This document shows, one piece after another, positions 40,431-54,431 of a stretch of 64,000 bases of DNA (position 1 is the first letter of the stretch; every line of letters begins with the position of its first letter). The notes below the pieces were generated by a model. It ran no database searches and had not been told where the DNA came from. It was given only the letters and a program-made list of their open reading frames with translations. The DNA comes from Eledone cirrhosa (lineage: Eukaryota): positions 423,832,001 through 423,896,000 of the forward strand of contig OZ024740.1 of assembly GCA_964016885.1 (NCBI GenBank), given 5' to 3'. The position numbers and the translations under genes are program-made.

Positions 40431-41968
40431 GTTTAGTTTAAAAGTTGTAAGAAACTCCCAGGAGAGTTGGTCAGCAGAAGATCTTCAGAAAAGAGACCCC
40501 CCCCCCCCGCCTCATGCAAGTGTTTTGCCCCTTAAAAATAAATGCGCTTATAACTATATCCTGGCCCTGGTCAATCATGAATGTTAGATTTTCTAATTTA
40601 AACACTAAAAAAACAAAAATTGAAGTCAATATTTCTGACATCATTAAAAGTAATTAACAGCAAAAACAGCTGATTCAAAGAATAAATAAAAATAGTACTT
40701 CTACTACCACCACTAATATTACTACTACTACTACTACTGATACGGATACTGTTACTACTACTACCACCACCACCATTGTGTTGTAGCCTAGACTTTCAAA
40801 GAACACAGTCTATCTGTCTATCTACCTATCTATCTGTCTGCCTGCCTATCTTTCTATCTACCTACCTACCACAGAAATGTGCACTCTTAATGTAGTCCTC
40901 AGGGAGATTCAGCTACAACTTACTTTTGCTAGTGGAGTGGTCCGAAGCAACATGAAATAAATGACACAACATACCACCAGGAATCAAACTTACAGCCTTA
41001 TGATTGTGAACCAAACACCCTAACCACTAAGTCATGTACCTTCAAATGATAAACAGACAGACAGTCACCCTACTGGCTGTTACTATTGTTTAACCCTGAG
41101 GACAAACCTCATTTAACAGGCCTATAATGAAAGACATTCCAGGGAACTACATTATCAAATGTGTCCTTCCTTTCTTTTAAGGTTTGAGAGAAATTTAGCT
41201 GCTATTTTAATCAGTTTAAGTCATTGATTAGCAGCCATTGTTGCTTCTTTGTTGGCTGGAGCAGACTATTGGTATCTTTTTTCATCAACATATACTTCTT
41301 TGCTCACTTATTCCTGGGAGGTTCGTATTAGCAGTAACTGTCTTTAATTGATCTAGTTGAATCCTTAAGTGAGACCAGCCAAGCTCCTGGATGTTATCCA
41401 GCCATCTTACTTGATGTCTACATCTGGGTCTCCTGCTGGTTAGTTTTGCCCAATTTCTTTCCAACGACATTCTAATCACATGTTCATAGTATCAAGGAGC
41501 TCTACCTGGAGCAACTCTCTGATTTCTATAGAGTAACATTACTCCAAAAACTCTTTGGAAGAACCTTTTTCAGCTGCTTACATTTGCTATCATATTCATA
41601 AAATATAAACGAAATGGTAAGCATATTTGATTTGAGGTAGTTAAAAGAATTTAAGAGTAAATAAACAAAAATGAAACAAAAAAGAAAAAACACTCAGTAA
41701 TTGAAAACACAAAACAAAACAAGGTTTACTTTGAATCAGCTAGGGAACAGTTAAGGAACATTGTGCTATGTGTTTTTTTTTGTGAAGCTGGTAGGGTTCT
41801 GGGTTCTGGACCCTTGGAGTAAATGAGTAAAAGAGAGGAAGAGAGAAAGAGAGAGCCTGAGAGAAACACTTCATGTATATTTACAAATATATATAAAAAC
41901 ATCAACTCCATTTAGTCAAAAGATTATCCAAAGCAGATTCGACCTCATTTTAAAAAAATCTTTCTTAA

Positions 41969-42034
<66 letters not shown>

Positions 42035-42747
42035 ATATATATATATATATATAAACAATATGTAAATATGTATTATATATATATATACATATGTGTGTGT
42101 GTGTGTATATATATGTCTGTGTATACACACATACCATTCTCACTCAGTGCCCATTTTCCCTGCCAATTTATACACACACACAAATATAATTATATAAATA
42201 TATATGTGTATATGAGAGAGAAATTGGGAAAGATTGAGAAAGATTATGGGAAAAGACTGATCCAATTAATTCTAAGAGTCTGGGTTTCCTATATTAGATT
42301 AGGGAGGAGGAGAAGGTGGCCGAGGCAGTGGCACAGACAATAAAGCAGCAAGACTGGGACATAAGAATATATGAAAAGTCTGGAAATGTGGTGAAAGAAA
42401 GCCAACTAAAGACAAACAACAACACCACCGCCAAAAACTGCAATGCTGCTGTGTTACACTGTCTTGTATATTTATAATCATACAATATTGATATCAATTT
42501 AGCAGAGTTGCTAGAGGACAACAATTGCAAGTCTTCTACATACTGTACTCTTACTGTACTATACTATACTGTAATGCACTGTACTGTATTATAGTACAAT
42601 GTATTGTACTTCACTTTAGACCTAGTTTTTGTCATAGATCACTTTTAGAGTTTTATTGAAAACAATGTGTGTGTGTGTGGATGGGGGGGGGGGTGATGTA
42701 TGAGTATTCAACTTCAGTACTACTTCCAGTGTACATGAATATATTTA

Positions 42748-42945
42748 CCTAACCCTTTTGGTATTGTATTTCTAATGAAATACACTGCCTAACCTTTCCA
42801 TTAGTAAACTGATATTTCAAACATTAATAAACATTAAGTAAAATTATGATGGAAGTTTTTAATAAAAATATGAACATTTCAAAATGAGCAGCTGTGTACC
42901 ATAGAACTAGGCTGCTTTCAAGCAGTTTCATATCAAAAGGATTAA
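42748..42945. mobile_element. Degenerate piggyBac-type MITE
   Basis: Termini ctaacccttttggtat and atatcaaaaggattaa. Confidence 0.5.
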
Positions 42946-43065
42946 TCTTTCTACAAGGAAAAGAAATCCCTAAAATTTACAACAATGAAAAAGGGGCAGT
43001 TTTCAATAACTTGGAGATTAAATAGAATGGAAACTTGCAGAATAATTGTTGACATTTCTTTATGT

Positions 43066-43205
43066 GAAGGTGCATAGCTTAGTGGTTAGAGAGTTAGGAT
43101 TACACTCATGAGGTTGTGAATTTGATTTCCAGACTGGGTGATGTGTTGTGTTCTTGAGCAAGACACTTTATCTTATGTTGCTCCAGTTCACTCAGCTGTA
43201 GAAAT
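43066..43205 (+). mobile_element. SINE family B (CORE-like)
   Basis: tagcttagtggttagag head followed by tgtgttcttgagcaagacactt. Confidence 0.7.
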
Positions 43206-43279
43206 GTGAAATTAGATGAGGGCAGGTTGACAGCTTTTGTCATCCAGCATGCAATTTCTAACAACAAAAAAATATAATA

Positions 43280-43497
43280 ATGGTTTCTGATTTAGGCACA
43301 AAGTCAACAATATTCTGGGGAGGTGAAGTTGATTAAATCGATGCCAGTGTATTACTGGTACTTTATTTTATCAACCCCGTAAGGATGAAAGACAAAGTTA
43401 ACCTTGGCGGATTAGAACTCAGATGGTAAAGATCCGTAACTCTATGCTGCAAAGCATGTTGTGCGACGCTCTACCAATTCTGCCAATCCACCGCCCT
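43280..43497 (-). mobile_element. SINE family A
   Basis: Same family sequence. Confidence 0.8.
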
Positions 43498-45669
43498 AAT
43501 AATAATAATAATAATAATATTAATTATTTTTTCCCTCTTTTGTAATGTTTTCTCTACTAATTGGTTGCTAGGTGAAGTATATTAATTGACCTGAGATCAG
43601 ACCCTGATCTGAGAGGCTCAATATTTCCCATAGAATTCTGGTAGTGCTAGTGATGGTAGACATTTGGACACTACCTACGGTTTTAGTAACAATAATTATA
43701 ATATTTGGTACAGCAAGGATTTTAAGTCTTGTTTATGTAAGACACAAGAGAAAACACATGGAAGGACCCTTCTTTGTCAACTTGTTGACTGCTCTAACTG
43801 AAATATCCAGATTCTTTAATATCTAAGCGCCTGAGATTTATAAAAAAGAACCATAATAATAATAATAATAATTATAATAACAACGATAATAATGATAATG
43901 GTTACTTTATAATACAACTAGAATAGCAATCTTTATTAATTTTCAGTCTGAAACAAGAAACCAAGAAACACAATAATTGCAGCTAACTTTAGTTTCCCCA
44001 TCATTCAAATCAAACTATTACATTTAATTTAGAAATTATCCAAGTTGGTGGAGGTGGGGGGCATAAGTGTAGGAGGAGCAGTGGGAAGAGAAGTGGATAT
44101 CAAGCTATATTATATATATATATATATATAAAGATTGAAAATGATAATGAACTCTTTCACCAAATTTTCATTCTTGCTTCCACTGTCATCATCATGATCA
44201 TCACCATCATTAATATCATTATTGTTTTTTATTATCTCCCTTTTGTTTTTTTTGTTATTTTTTAAACTTTCTTTTTACAATTTTCTTCTGAATTTGTAGA
44301 ATTAAGAAGAAGCCCGAAATATTAGGTATGACATAAAGTCATTAAGAGAGATGGAATATGTATGGGAGAATAAAGAGGGTGGGGTGGGGGTTGTATTGAG
44401 AGAAAAGTCAAAAGCATTAGTCAATGATCTTATAAAAGTAACAAAACCAACATAATAAAATAAAAACAATCGCAATAGTAGTAGTAGTAACGATCATAAT
44501 GATAGTAACAATGATAATAATATTCAACAACAAGCCGTTAACAGTTAATAAGGAAATGATTCGCAAGATAGGAGTGGGACTTCTATTTTTATTGTTCACT
44601 TTTCTTTTCTTTCTAGAAGACAACGGTGGTAGGGGTGGGTGGTAAGGTTAAAAAAAGGGGGGAGTAACTAAAACATATACAGTACACAACATTTACAAGT
44701 CATTACATATTGTTTCCCCCCTTTTTTTTCTCTCTTTTCTTCCCCAACCGCCCACTTCCACCATCACCACCACATAAACACCCCCCCAGAAAACCATGAA
44801 GCTGAATAAATGGTATTTAAGAGAAAGAAAAAAATGAAGAACCCGAAGAAGGAAGTATTGTAGTTGGGCAGAGGAAAACATCATTACAGGGATTGGAAGA
44901 ACAGCTTGTTTTATTTTTGTTTTTTTCCTTTTTTTTTCAGCATTATGCCACAAAAAACAGTCGGGGGTTGGGGTTGGGGGGTAGTAGAGTTTTTTAAGAA
45001 AAACAGAAAAAGAAAGTGTGTGTGTGGGGGGGGGGGGGGGGGGGTAGATCAACAACAGAAGAGGAAGAGGAGGAAAAGATACGGAAAAATAGAAATGATA
45101 TATTTTTTTTAAGTGGTTCCAATAGAAATAAATAAACAATACAACATGGCACAATACAATATGAAACAATAGAAATCAGTGGAGAGGGATAAAATATTGA
45201 AATGGGATGAAACTGTGTTGGGGAAACAATGCAGGAAGAAACAAAGAAGGAATTACCAAAGAAGGAATTACCAAAGAAGGAATTACATGCAAAACTGAGA
45301 TTTCTCATACAGGGATTCCTTAAATGAGTTTTGGTATTTTATTATTTTCTTGTTCTTTTTATTGGTTTCAGATTGTGGCCATGCTGGAGTACTGCCTGGA
45401 TCTAATTGATTTTATCAACTTCACGACTTATTTTATCAATCTCTTTTTGTCAATCTGCTAGCTTGTTGGACATAAACTCAGATACACACATGCATATATA
45501 TGCATATCCTTATATTCTAATCTGTACTAATAATAAATATTTGCTCAACCGCTTTATTTATACTTTTATATATATATATATTACCATTATTATTATTACA
45601 ATGACAATGTATGAGTTCTAAATTTTCTGTGGTGTGTGTAAGTGTGTGTATATATATATATATATATAT

Positions 45670-45820
45670 AAGAAAAGGTTCAGAACCCCGACGGCAGAGC
45701 TCAAGCTGCTTTGACGGCTATTTCTGGACTGAAATAGCCGTCGAAACGGCTTGAGCTCTGTTGTCAGGCTCCTGAACCTTTTCCTATTACCCACTCTACT
45801 ACCCAAAGTATCGAGTACTA
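45670..45820 (+). mobile_element. Fold-back element with GAAAC...GTC half-hammerhead and gtatcgagtac tail
   Basis: The palindrome is centred on gacggctatttc-tggact-gaaatagccgtc. The consensus of the two arms is GAAACGGC-ttgagctct-GCCGTC. Confidence 0.6.
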
Positions 45821-46731
45821 TGGTGCATTATGGTCCACCTGGTTCCTTACCATACTTCCTTCATTATATATATATACTTACACACACACACAAAATTATG
45901 ATTTGTAATTTCTGCAGTTGATTTAAGAAAGTTTTGAATCTGGACTGTAGTCATCCCGGCACAAAAGACTATAAATAATAGTTGAGAAAATTGGTTAAAG
46001 TACCTCAGGAGACAGAAAAGTCGAGACCAAAGCAGGGGTACTTTACCAGATTATCTCAAATAGTATTTATAGTGATCAATTATCATCATAGTCCTTTGCT
46101 TTGGGATGACTCCATTTCAGATATTATATATTTGTTTAAATTTTCCATAATAGAACTGCCATAGAATGTTAGTGAAACAAGTTCTATTGGAAATATGAAT
46201 GAAATAATAATATAACTAATTTTCTAAAAACTACTTTAGGTAGCAGTGGGGTGAGAGAGTGGGGTCTGGTCTGGGGCTGGGGTAGTGGAATGATATAAGT
46301 ATGACAAAACAGGAACACAATTCCATTGTGTAAGGGTCTAAAGAAAGAAGAGTGAAAGGTTAAACGAGCTGTAAATTTCATTATTGACGACAATGAAATG
46401 AGAAGAGGGGTGGGTGGTGGTGGTGGCGACAGTTGGGGAGAGAATCATTGCTATAGTAACAAACAGTAGAAGATCTACTCTAAATATTCCACTTCTTGGT
46501 ACTGGATTAGTATGTCCTCTGTGTGTGTGTGTGTGTTTTTATGCATACATGTATATATGAACATGTATATGTATGTATGTATGTATGTATGTATGGATAC
46601 ATATATGCATGCATGTATGCACATATGTATGTATGCGCATATATATATATATATATGTAAGTATGTATATATATGTACGTGTGTATGCATGCATCCATGC
46701 ATATATGTATGTATGTATGTGTGTATACATA

Positions 46732-47383
46732 TCAGGGCTGGTTGGAGAAGACGGCAAGCGGTAGGCCGCCGCTTCTCATGCCAGGTCACCAGCTGGTGTA
46801 CTGGTAACATGTATCCCAGTACAACCTGTCTCATGGTGGGGTCGTTGGCGACTAAACTTACAACCCCACCAAGGTTTCTTGGTGAGGAGGGTGACTTTGG
46901 ACATCCTGCAGGATTAAAAATAAAACCTGTCAAAGGGCAAAGGAGCTCTTAAGAGTCAATGGCCATCTAAAATCACTGGGAGAGATGACCCCTTAGCCTT
47001 TGTCAAGGCAGAATTCTAGGAGAAGGAAAACTCTGATATAACACCTGCAACCCTGATGGTATCCAATGATGTTGACTTGTTCTTTTTGGTAAATATCATC
47101 TTGGTTAAAAGAGTGGGACTGGCTTTGTGCAGTGCCTTTGCTCACTATAAAAGCTTCACGGCGCAGGCATTGCTTTATATCTGGAGATCTCTCTGCACTT
47201 GTCGTCACATGGTACCATGGGCCTAGCACTGTGTCAATAATTGTCACAGGTGTAGTGATTGTACCAGAGTTTTCAAGTCGCTGGCTGGACTAAAAAGTCA
47301 CACTCGTTCAGCGCATCAGTAGGGGTTCTCCTACATGAATATAAAGTAGTGGCCGTACTCGAAAACGAGTTGGCAGCCACCAT
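46732..47383 (+). mobile_element. Interspersed repeat family X, copy 2
   Basis: Inverted homolog of 24817-25405, flanked by (tatg)n microsatellite. Confidence 0.7.
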
Positions 47384-48634
47384 ATATGTATGTATGTACA
47401 TGCACTCTCATACATGTATATATGTAAACAGCTAATTACTATATATCTAAAGCCAAATACTTGATATTATATGCACCAGCTTACTATAAACACTGAAAAA
47501 CAGTTTATTATAAAAGAGAAACATCATCATTGAATGAGAGGATAATTTTTCATAAAATTCTCAAAGTATCTATTTATTATTTATAACTAACTGATGTTAA
47601 GATTTTAACAGTTTAATTTCCTAAAGTGAAATATTTATTGTAAAATATGTGTGCATGCACATGCTTAGAAATAAAGATTTTTACAAGGGAAAAAAAAAAA
47701 TAGAATGAAGACCAGTCATGGACAGAATTAAAATCTCACATTGTTATCTATTTATTTATCTGTGTATTGTGTGTGTGGAGGGAGAGGGTGTGTGTCTTTA
47801 GAAAGGATAAACTGTTTAAGAAAGCTGCTTATTAATGAGGTGGAATGTAAAGTATATATAATAATGCTGCTAGCAGAGGAAACCTTTATGTCGGTGTGGC
47901 ATGAAAGAGGAAATAATCAAATAGTTAAAAGTTTTATGTTGTGCTTGGAATAATGATTAGGTAGGTGATTTAAGCTGAAAAGTTTGGTAGAGAAGACATG
48001 AAGAATAATGATAATGATGACGACACCTCCAAAGGGAGTTATTCTGTAAAGCAGGGTTCTGGCAGGTGAGAGGAGACAAAATATGGTCAAATTATTGGTG
48101 TGAGGAGAGAATACAGACAGGTGTGCAGAGGGTGATTAATAAGAGATTAAACAATGTAAACCATGTTTAAATAGACAAGCTATGGCCTTATGGTTAAGAA
48201 GAGGGCAGCATAATTTAAATCACATTTATATCAACAAGCACTGACATATTTAAGAATCGGGAAGCATAAGGCAAATAAAATTTATATAGCAAACAGTAGT
48301 TTTATATAGATAAGCAATGACCTTATTTTTAAGAATGAATAAGATACCAGAGTTTATGGAAGACAAGCAGTGGCTTTATGTATAAGAAGATGACAACATA
48401 AGGTAAATTAAGTTTATGATAGACAAACAATAGTCTTAGATCTTTGAAGAGAACATTATAAGGAAAGTCTTGATTCTGTTAGATCACTCCATCATACACA
48501 CACGTGACAATCATACGCACACATTATAGCAACCACACACACATTATAACAATATTCAGTATAAAATAAGAAGTGTTATATTTTGAAGGTAAAAGTAGAG
48601 ATGAAACGATGGGGTGGTGTTGAATATATAGATA

Positions 48635-48818
48635 ATTGTTTCTACTTTAGGCACAAGGCCAGCAATTACCCAGTGCATTACTGGTACTTTATTTTATCGA
48701 CCCCGTAAGGATGAAAGGCAAAGTCAACCTCGGCGGGATTTAAACTCAGATCGTAAAGGGACGTAACTATGCTGGAAAGCATGGCGTCCGACCCTCTACT
48801 GATACTGCCAATCCACCG
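48635..48818 (-). mobile_element. SINE family A
   Basis: Same family; target site duplication atagataat. Confidence 0.8.
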
Positions 48819-51800
48819 ATAGATAATGATGGCGAGGATGATGATGGTAGAGGTGGTGATGATAATGACAATGATGATGGTGTGGATGATGATAATGATG
48901 TTGATGGTGATGACTGTGACAACATTGGTGGCAGTGACGACGATGATGATGGTGGTGATGATAGTGATGATGATGATGGTGATTTATGTACATCAGTATA
49001 AACACTCAATTCAGAGTAAAGGATCAATACATGAAAGTGAAATATTTAATAATGAACTCCCCATGTATCCAGTACCTGCCTAAATGTTTGATACACACTT
49101 CTTGTTTCACATGAATTTAAAAAAAAAGGTTGGTTGGATCCACACAGTGTGAAGAGTATAGAGGTAGTTCAAAAGTGTTAATAAATTATGATGTTGGTAT
49201 GACTTTCTTCTCTTCCTCTCCTTCTTCTTCTACTTCAGATCCTTTTGCTCTCTATGGAACAATGGGTGATAAGAGATCTCCATTCCACATGGTTGCAAGA
49301 TTTGTCATGGGCCATGTTTCCAGGCCAGATATCTTCTCATTATTTCTGTAGCAATTTTCATTAATGGAGACAAGGTTGCTAGTCTAGCACTCAATCCTTC
49401 CTCCCTTCTGGACACAGACTGAAAATTGACCTAGCATTTCAAAGTCAAGGAGACGAGGACTGTAACCCTGGATAGGGACCCATTTCATATACTGCCAGAC
49501 AGGGCCAGTTTACTGAGCTTGGGGCTCAACTATTTTCTCTCTATTTTCAAAGGGACATTAGATAATATTATATCCCCATATCTATATAGAATTTCTTTCC
49601 CTTTTCCACTACATATATTTTTGGCCATTCAACAACTTGCTAATTTAATATAGTACACTGAAAAGATCTAATAAGATCAAAACACGTCTATAGTTTGCTA
49701 TAAGCCTACTTATAGACAATATCCTCTCCTACTGGATTGTTTAAAATTGTTCCAAAAGACTTGGATCAGTTCAACTCTCAGAGTTCTGCCCCTTGCTTGT
49801 TTCTCACAATCTGAAAACCCTAAAGGGAGTTTCTGTCTTAAAATTATGACAACAGACATGGATCATTATTTTTTCCCCTCTTACCATATTCAGATAATGA
49901 GACTCTATATATGTAATGTATGTGTGTGCATGTTTATACACAAGCACGCACACAAACACACGTGCGTTGAAATATAATTGTGTTTCATTTGTATGAATTC
50001 AGTTTAACTTGTAAACTTTGTTATTATATCGAGGTTACTGACATGTAGCTAGCTACTCAGTGCTGGGTATTCCATGTACACATATACTAATCTGTTGGTG
50101 TATGCATACACATATACTAAATCAAATTTCACATACAGAAATGTGCAGCTTTGCATATACACTTATACACATACATACATTATACACACTCATGCACACA
50201 TTAAACACACACATACACATGCTCACATTACATGCACACTCACACCATATCATACAAACAAAATATTTCTTTTTCATTATTTTTTCTCCAGAATAATCAT
50301 ATTAAAATATTGTTCTATATTTTATTTTAAACTTTGGAAATATAATTTCATTTCAAAAATATCCATGAGTTATGGATGAAAATTCTGACAGGTTGAAGAT
50401 AAAAAAAAAAAGGAAATAAAAAACCCTGTATTAAATTCCTTATATTTATCTATATGTTAGTGAGGCCATGTGTATGCATGTGTATGTGCAGGGTGTGTGT
50501 GTGTGAATACATACACATGCACTTGTGAATATCAATCTATGTATCTTCAGCTTGTCATCTTGTCTCTGTGGAAACATTTGTATTCATGTATGGGTGTTTT
50601 CTGAGAATCTACCAAAGGGTTTGGCTGTCTGAAGCTTGGAGGCCTTGACAGAAGCATCACTGTGTCAGCAGTATCTCTGAAACATGGCAGATTTCAGACA
50701 AAAACCAATCACTGTGAAACAGTCAGAGCAAAATATCTGCAATGTTGAAGTGGAGGACAGCCTAAGATAAAAGTATTTCCTTTCTTACCATATTCAGATT
50801 GTGTGATTGTATTTATATGCACACACGTCATGCAGAGCAGCCTCATAGCTATTTTTTCTTGTTCACAAACACATATAAATGCATACACATACATATAACA
50901 CACATTTACATATAGACATTCATGAATATATGCATAACCCCTCCCCCCTCCTCCCCACACACACACACGTGTATGTTGGTGTGTACAGCACAAGATGTTT
51001 AAGTTGGATTCCAAACAATAGCTAATATATGTTGCATGATAATGTCCCTATTATGTAATATATATATATATATATATATAATGTTTGTAATGTGTGTACT
51101 ATTCAAAGCACTCAATGCTACTACGAGGTCTGTCTCATGCCAGAGTTAAGGTGTGTGTCTTTAGATATATATGAGGAAAAGGTGAATGAATGTAACAATG
51201 TAAAAGATAAGTTTTCAACAATTAGCCAAATCTGAGCCCTTGTTACAATTCCTGGTTACAGCCATTACATTATACTACACCAGAAGTGAACCTAGGGAAA
51301 ATAGCACCTATAGTAAGCAGTGAAATTGTACCTCTGCCTAAATATCTGACACCTACCTTTCAGATAATCTATGGACCTAATAATCATAAAATCAGCTCAA
51401 AAATAACAAACACGTTCATTAATTTTTTAATTCAAAGCAATACCTATGGACCTAATAATTCATATAAATGGTTTAATGATCCAGCCACCATAGTGTTTCT
51501 CACCCACGATAATCAAAGACAGATCATACATCTGAAGGAGTTTCTTTTTTTACTCTTTGAAAATAGCTTATCTGACTTTAATAGAAAATGCTCCTAGTCC
51601 AAGTGGCACTCCCCATTCAAGTGTCACCCATGGCACGTGCCATGGGTGACATATCCTGGTTACACCTCTACATTACACTACACTTATGTCATTATTTTGG
51701 TAAAAGTGATGAATACCAAACTTTAAGTGTTTGTATTGGATATTAATATATATAAAAAAGACACATGACTTCATAAACATTTGTAATTTCATGGGTAAAA

Positions 51801-52237
51801 GAATTAAAATGAAAACCTCAATAATTAAACAAAGCATTAGATACATAATTATATAAAACTCAACACCCTCAATTCCATGCAATAGTTATCTATTTATGAC
51901 ATTTACAGAAAAAAAAAAGCAGAAATGAACCTTTGTTTGCTGTGGTTGACCATGAAGAACTGGGTCCATTGCTCAAAGACGAAGTCCATTCCATTTCCTT
52001 CCCACCTCCTAGCTGCTTCCAACACTACCACCACCAACAACCAACACACACGCATGCACACATATGCAGGGCATAGCACACACAGATACACACAGGCACT
52101 TAATGACCAGTTTTAAAGAAAAGGGGGGGAAAAGCAATCTGGAAAAAAATATATCAAAAACAAAACAAAGAAAAACAAACAATAAATAAATAAATAAAAT
52201 GGGGCAGATTAAAAAAACAACAAAACAAAATCGTTCT

Positions 52238-52309
<72 letters not shown>

Positions 52310-53139
52310 GTGTATATGTATATATATATGTGTATATGTATATATATATGTGTATATGTATATATATGTATATATATATGTATATGTACATATATACATA
52401 CATATATAACATTTGTTAGTAGATTTTTAAAAAATGTGAATTAGTAACTTATTGCTAGTAGTACTTGAGGGGCGGGGCAGGGTAAGAATAGTTTGAAGAA
52501 CTGAAAGTGTTTCAAGTAAGCTTGATGATGAGAGGAAAAAAATAATGCTGTGACATTAGCAAAAAAGTAAAAGACATCCGAGTCAACAACTGTAATAGTA
52601 GTAGTAGTAGTAGTAGTAGTAGATAGAAGAGGAAGAAGAGTGGCACATGCAGAGAGCTGTATAAAGTAACACACACTCACGTAAACAAACATCTGTAAGG
52701 CTCACACCCAGTCACGTAAATATCTGTAAGAGGAATTACCCAGTTATATAAACAACTGGAAAGGTAACGGCACTCATGAAAACATTACTAGATCTAAGCT
52801 ACGTAGCAACTAGTTGTATATATACACACATACACATATATATACACACACACACACACACATTATATATATAATATACATGAGTATGTATATATATTTA
52901 TGTATATATGCATGTGTATATATATATATATGTGTATGTATGTATGTATATATATATATGTATGTATGCATGTATATATGTGTATGTATAAAACATTTGT
53001 CACAACTGTAGTGCCTGCTGTAAGCACACACAGGGCAGCAGCTGTTACAATTAACAAACAGTTCGCCATAGATGGCAGTATATGAAATGTCACAGCCATG
53101 CTTCACAATGGATGCTACACAGAACAGCAATACATAAAT

Positions 53140-53402
53140 ATAACATTAGCTGTAACAAGTATTATTGACAGAGATGGTAAGGAGTGGAGTGCTTTGTTCT
53201 AGTTACACTCATTGCTACAATATAGCATTAGCTGTAACAAGTATTATTGACAGAGATGGTAAGGAGTGGAGTGCTTTGTTCTAGTTACACTCATTGCTAC
53301 AATATAACTTTAGCTGTAACAAGTATTATTGACAGAGATGGTAAGGAGTGGAGTGCTTTGTTCTAGTTACACTCATTGCTACAATATAACTTTAGCTGTA
53401 AC
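53140..53402. repeat. 82-bp tandem repeat, about 3.2 copies
   Basis: tagctgtaac recurs at 53147, 53229, 53311 and 53393. Confidence 0.95.
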
Positions 53403-53616
53403 TGAAACAATAATACAGAGCACCAGATTTTACTGTAACACCAATAAATAAAAGGTGTTACTGTGACACCAACATATGACAGGTGTTACTGTGTGACACC
53501 AACATATGGCAGTTGTGACACCAACAAAAGAAATTAGCTGAATCAGCCGAAGTAAAGTTGCTGAAACAGAAGGTATAACAGTTGTGACATCAACACACAA
53601 CATTTATAAAATAAAT

Positions 53617-54431
53617 GTGTGTAGATATATGTAACAGCTAATCCACATGTGTAGATATATGTAACAGCTAATCCACATGTGTAGATGTATGTAACAGCCA
53701 AGCTACATGTGTAGATGTATGTAACAGCTAAGCTACATGTCTAGATGTATGTAACAGCTAATCCACATGTGTAGATATATGTAACTGCTAATCCACATGT
53801 GTAGATGTATGTAACAGCCAAGCTACATGTGTAGATCTATGTAACAGCTAAGCTACATGTCTAGATGTATGTAACAGCTAATCCACATGAGTAGATGTAT
53901 GTAACAGCTAAGCTACATGTCTAGATGTATGTAACTGCTAATCCACATGTGTAGATGTATGTAACAGCTAAGCTACATGCCTAGATGTATGTAACAGCTA
54001 ATCCACATGTGTAGATGTATGTAACAGCTAAGCTACATGTCTAAATGTATGTAACTGCTAATCCACATGTGTAGATGTATGTAACAGCTAAGCTACATGT
54101 CTAGATGTATGTAACAGCTAATCCACATGTGTAGATGTATGTAACAGCTAAGCTACATGTCTAGATGTATGTAACAGCTAATCCACATGTGTAGATGTAT
54201 GTAACAGCTAAGCTACATGTCTAGATGTATGTAACTGCTAATCCACATGTGTAGATGTATGTAACAGCTAAGCTACATGTCTAGATGTATGTAACTGCTA
54301 ATCCACATGTCTAGATGTATGTAACTGCTAATCCACATGTCTAGATGTATGTAACAGCTAAGCTACCTGTCTAGATGTATGTAACAGCTAAGCTACATGT
54401 CTAGATGTATGTAACAGCTAAGCTACATGTA
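53617..54431. repeat. 30-bp minisatellite with alternating variants (60-bp higher order)
   Basis: Unit atgt(g/c)tagatgtatgtaacagcta followed by atccac or agctac. Confidence 0.95.

Noticed and set aside
36190-40587. Long ORFs up to 693 aa (LVYITT repeats)
   Set aside because: These are translations of a stop-free 18-bp minisatellite, open in several frames with no real start context.
49370-49475. Possible decayed twister-ribozyme or RTE 5' end on the minus strand
   Set aside because: Only the ggaggaagg...gctagactagcaacc portion resembles it; the core and pseudoknot pairings cannot be built.
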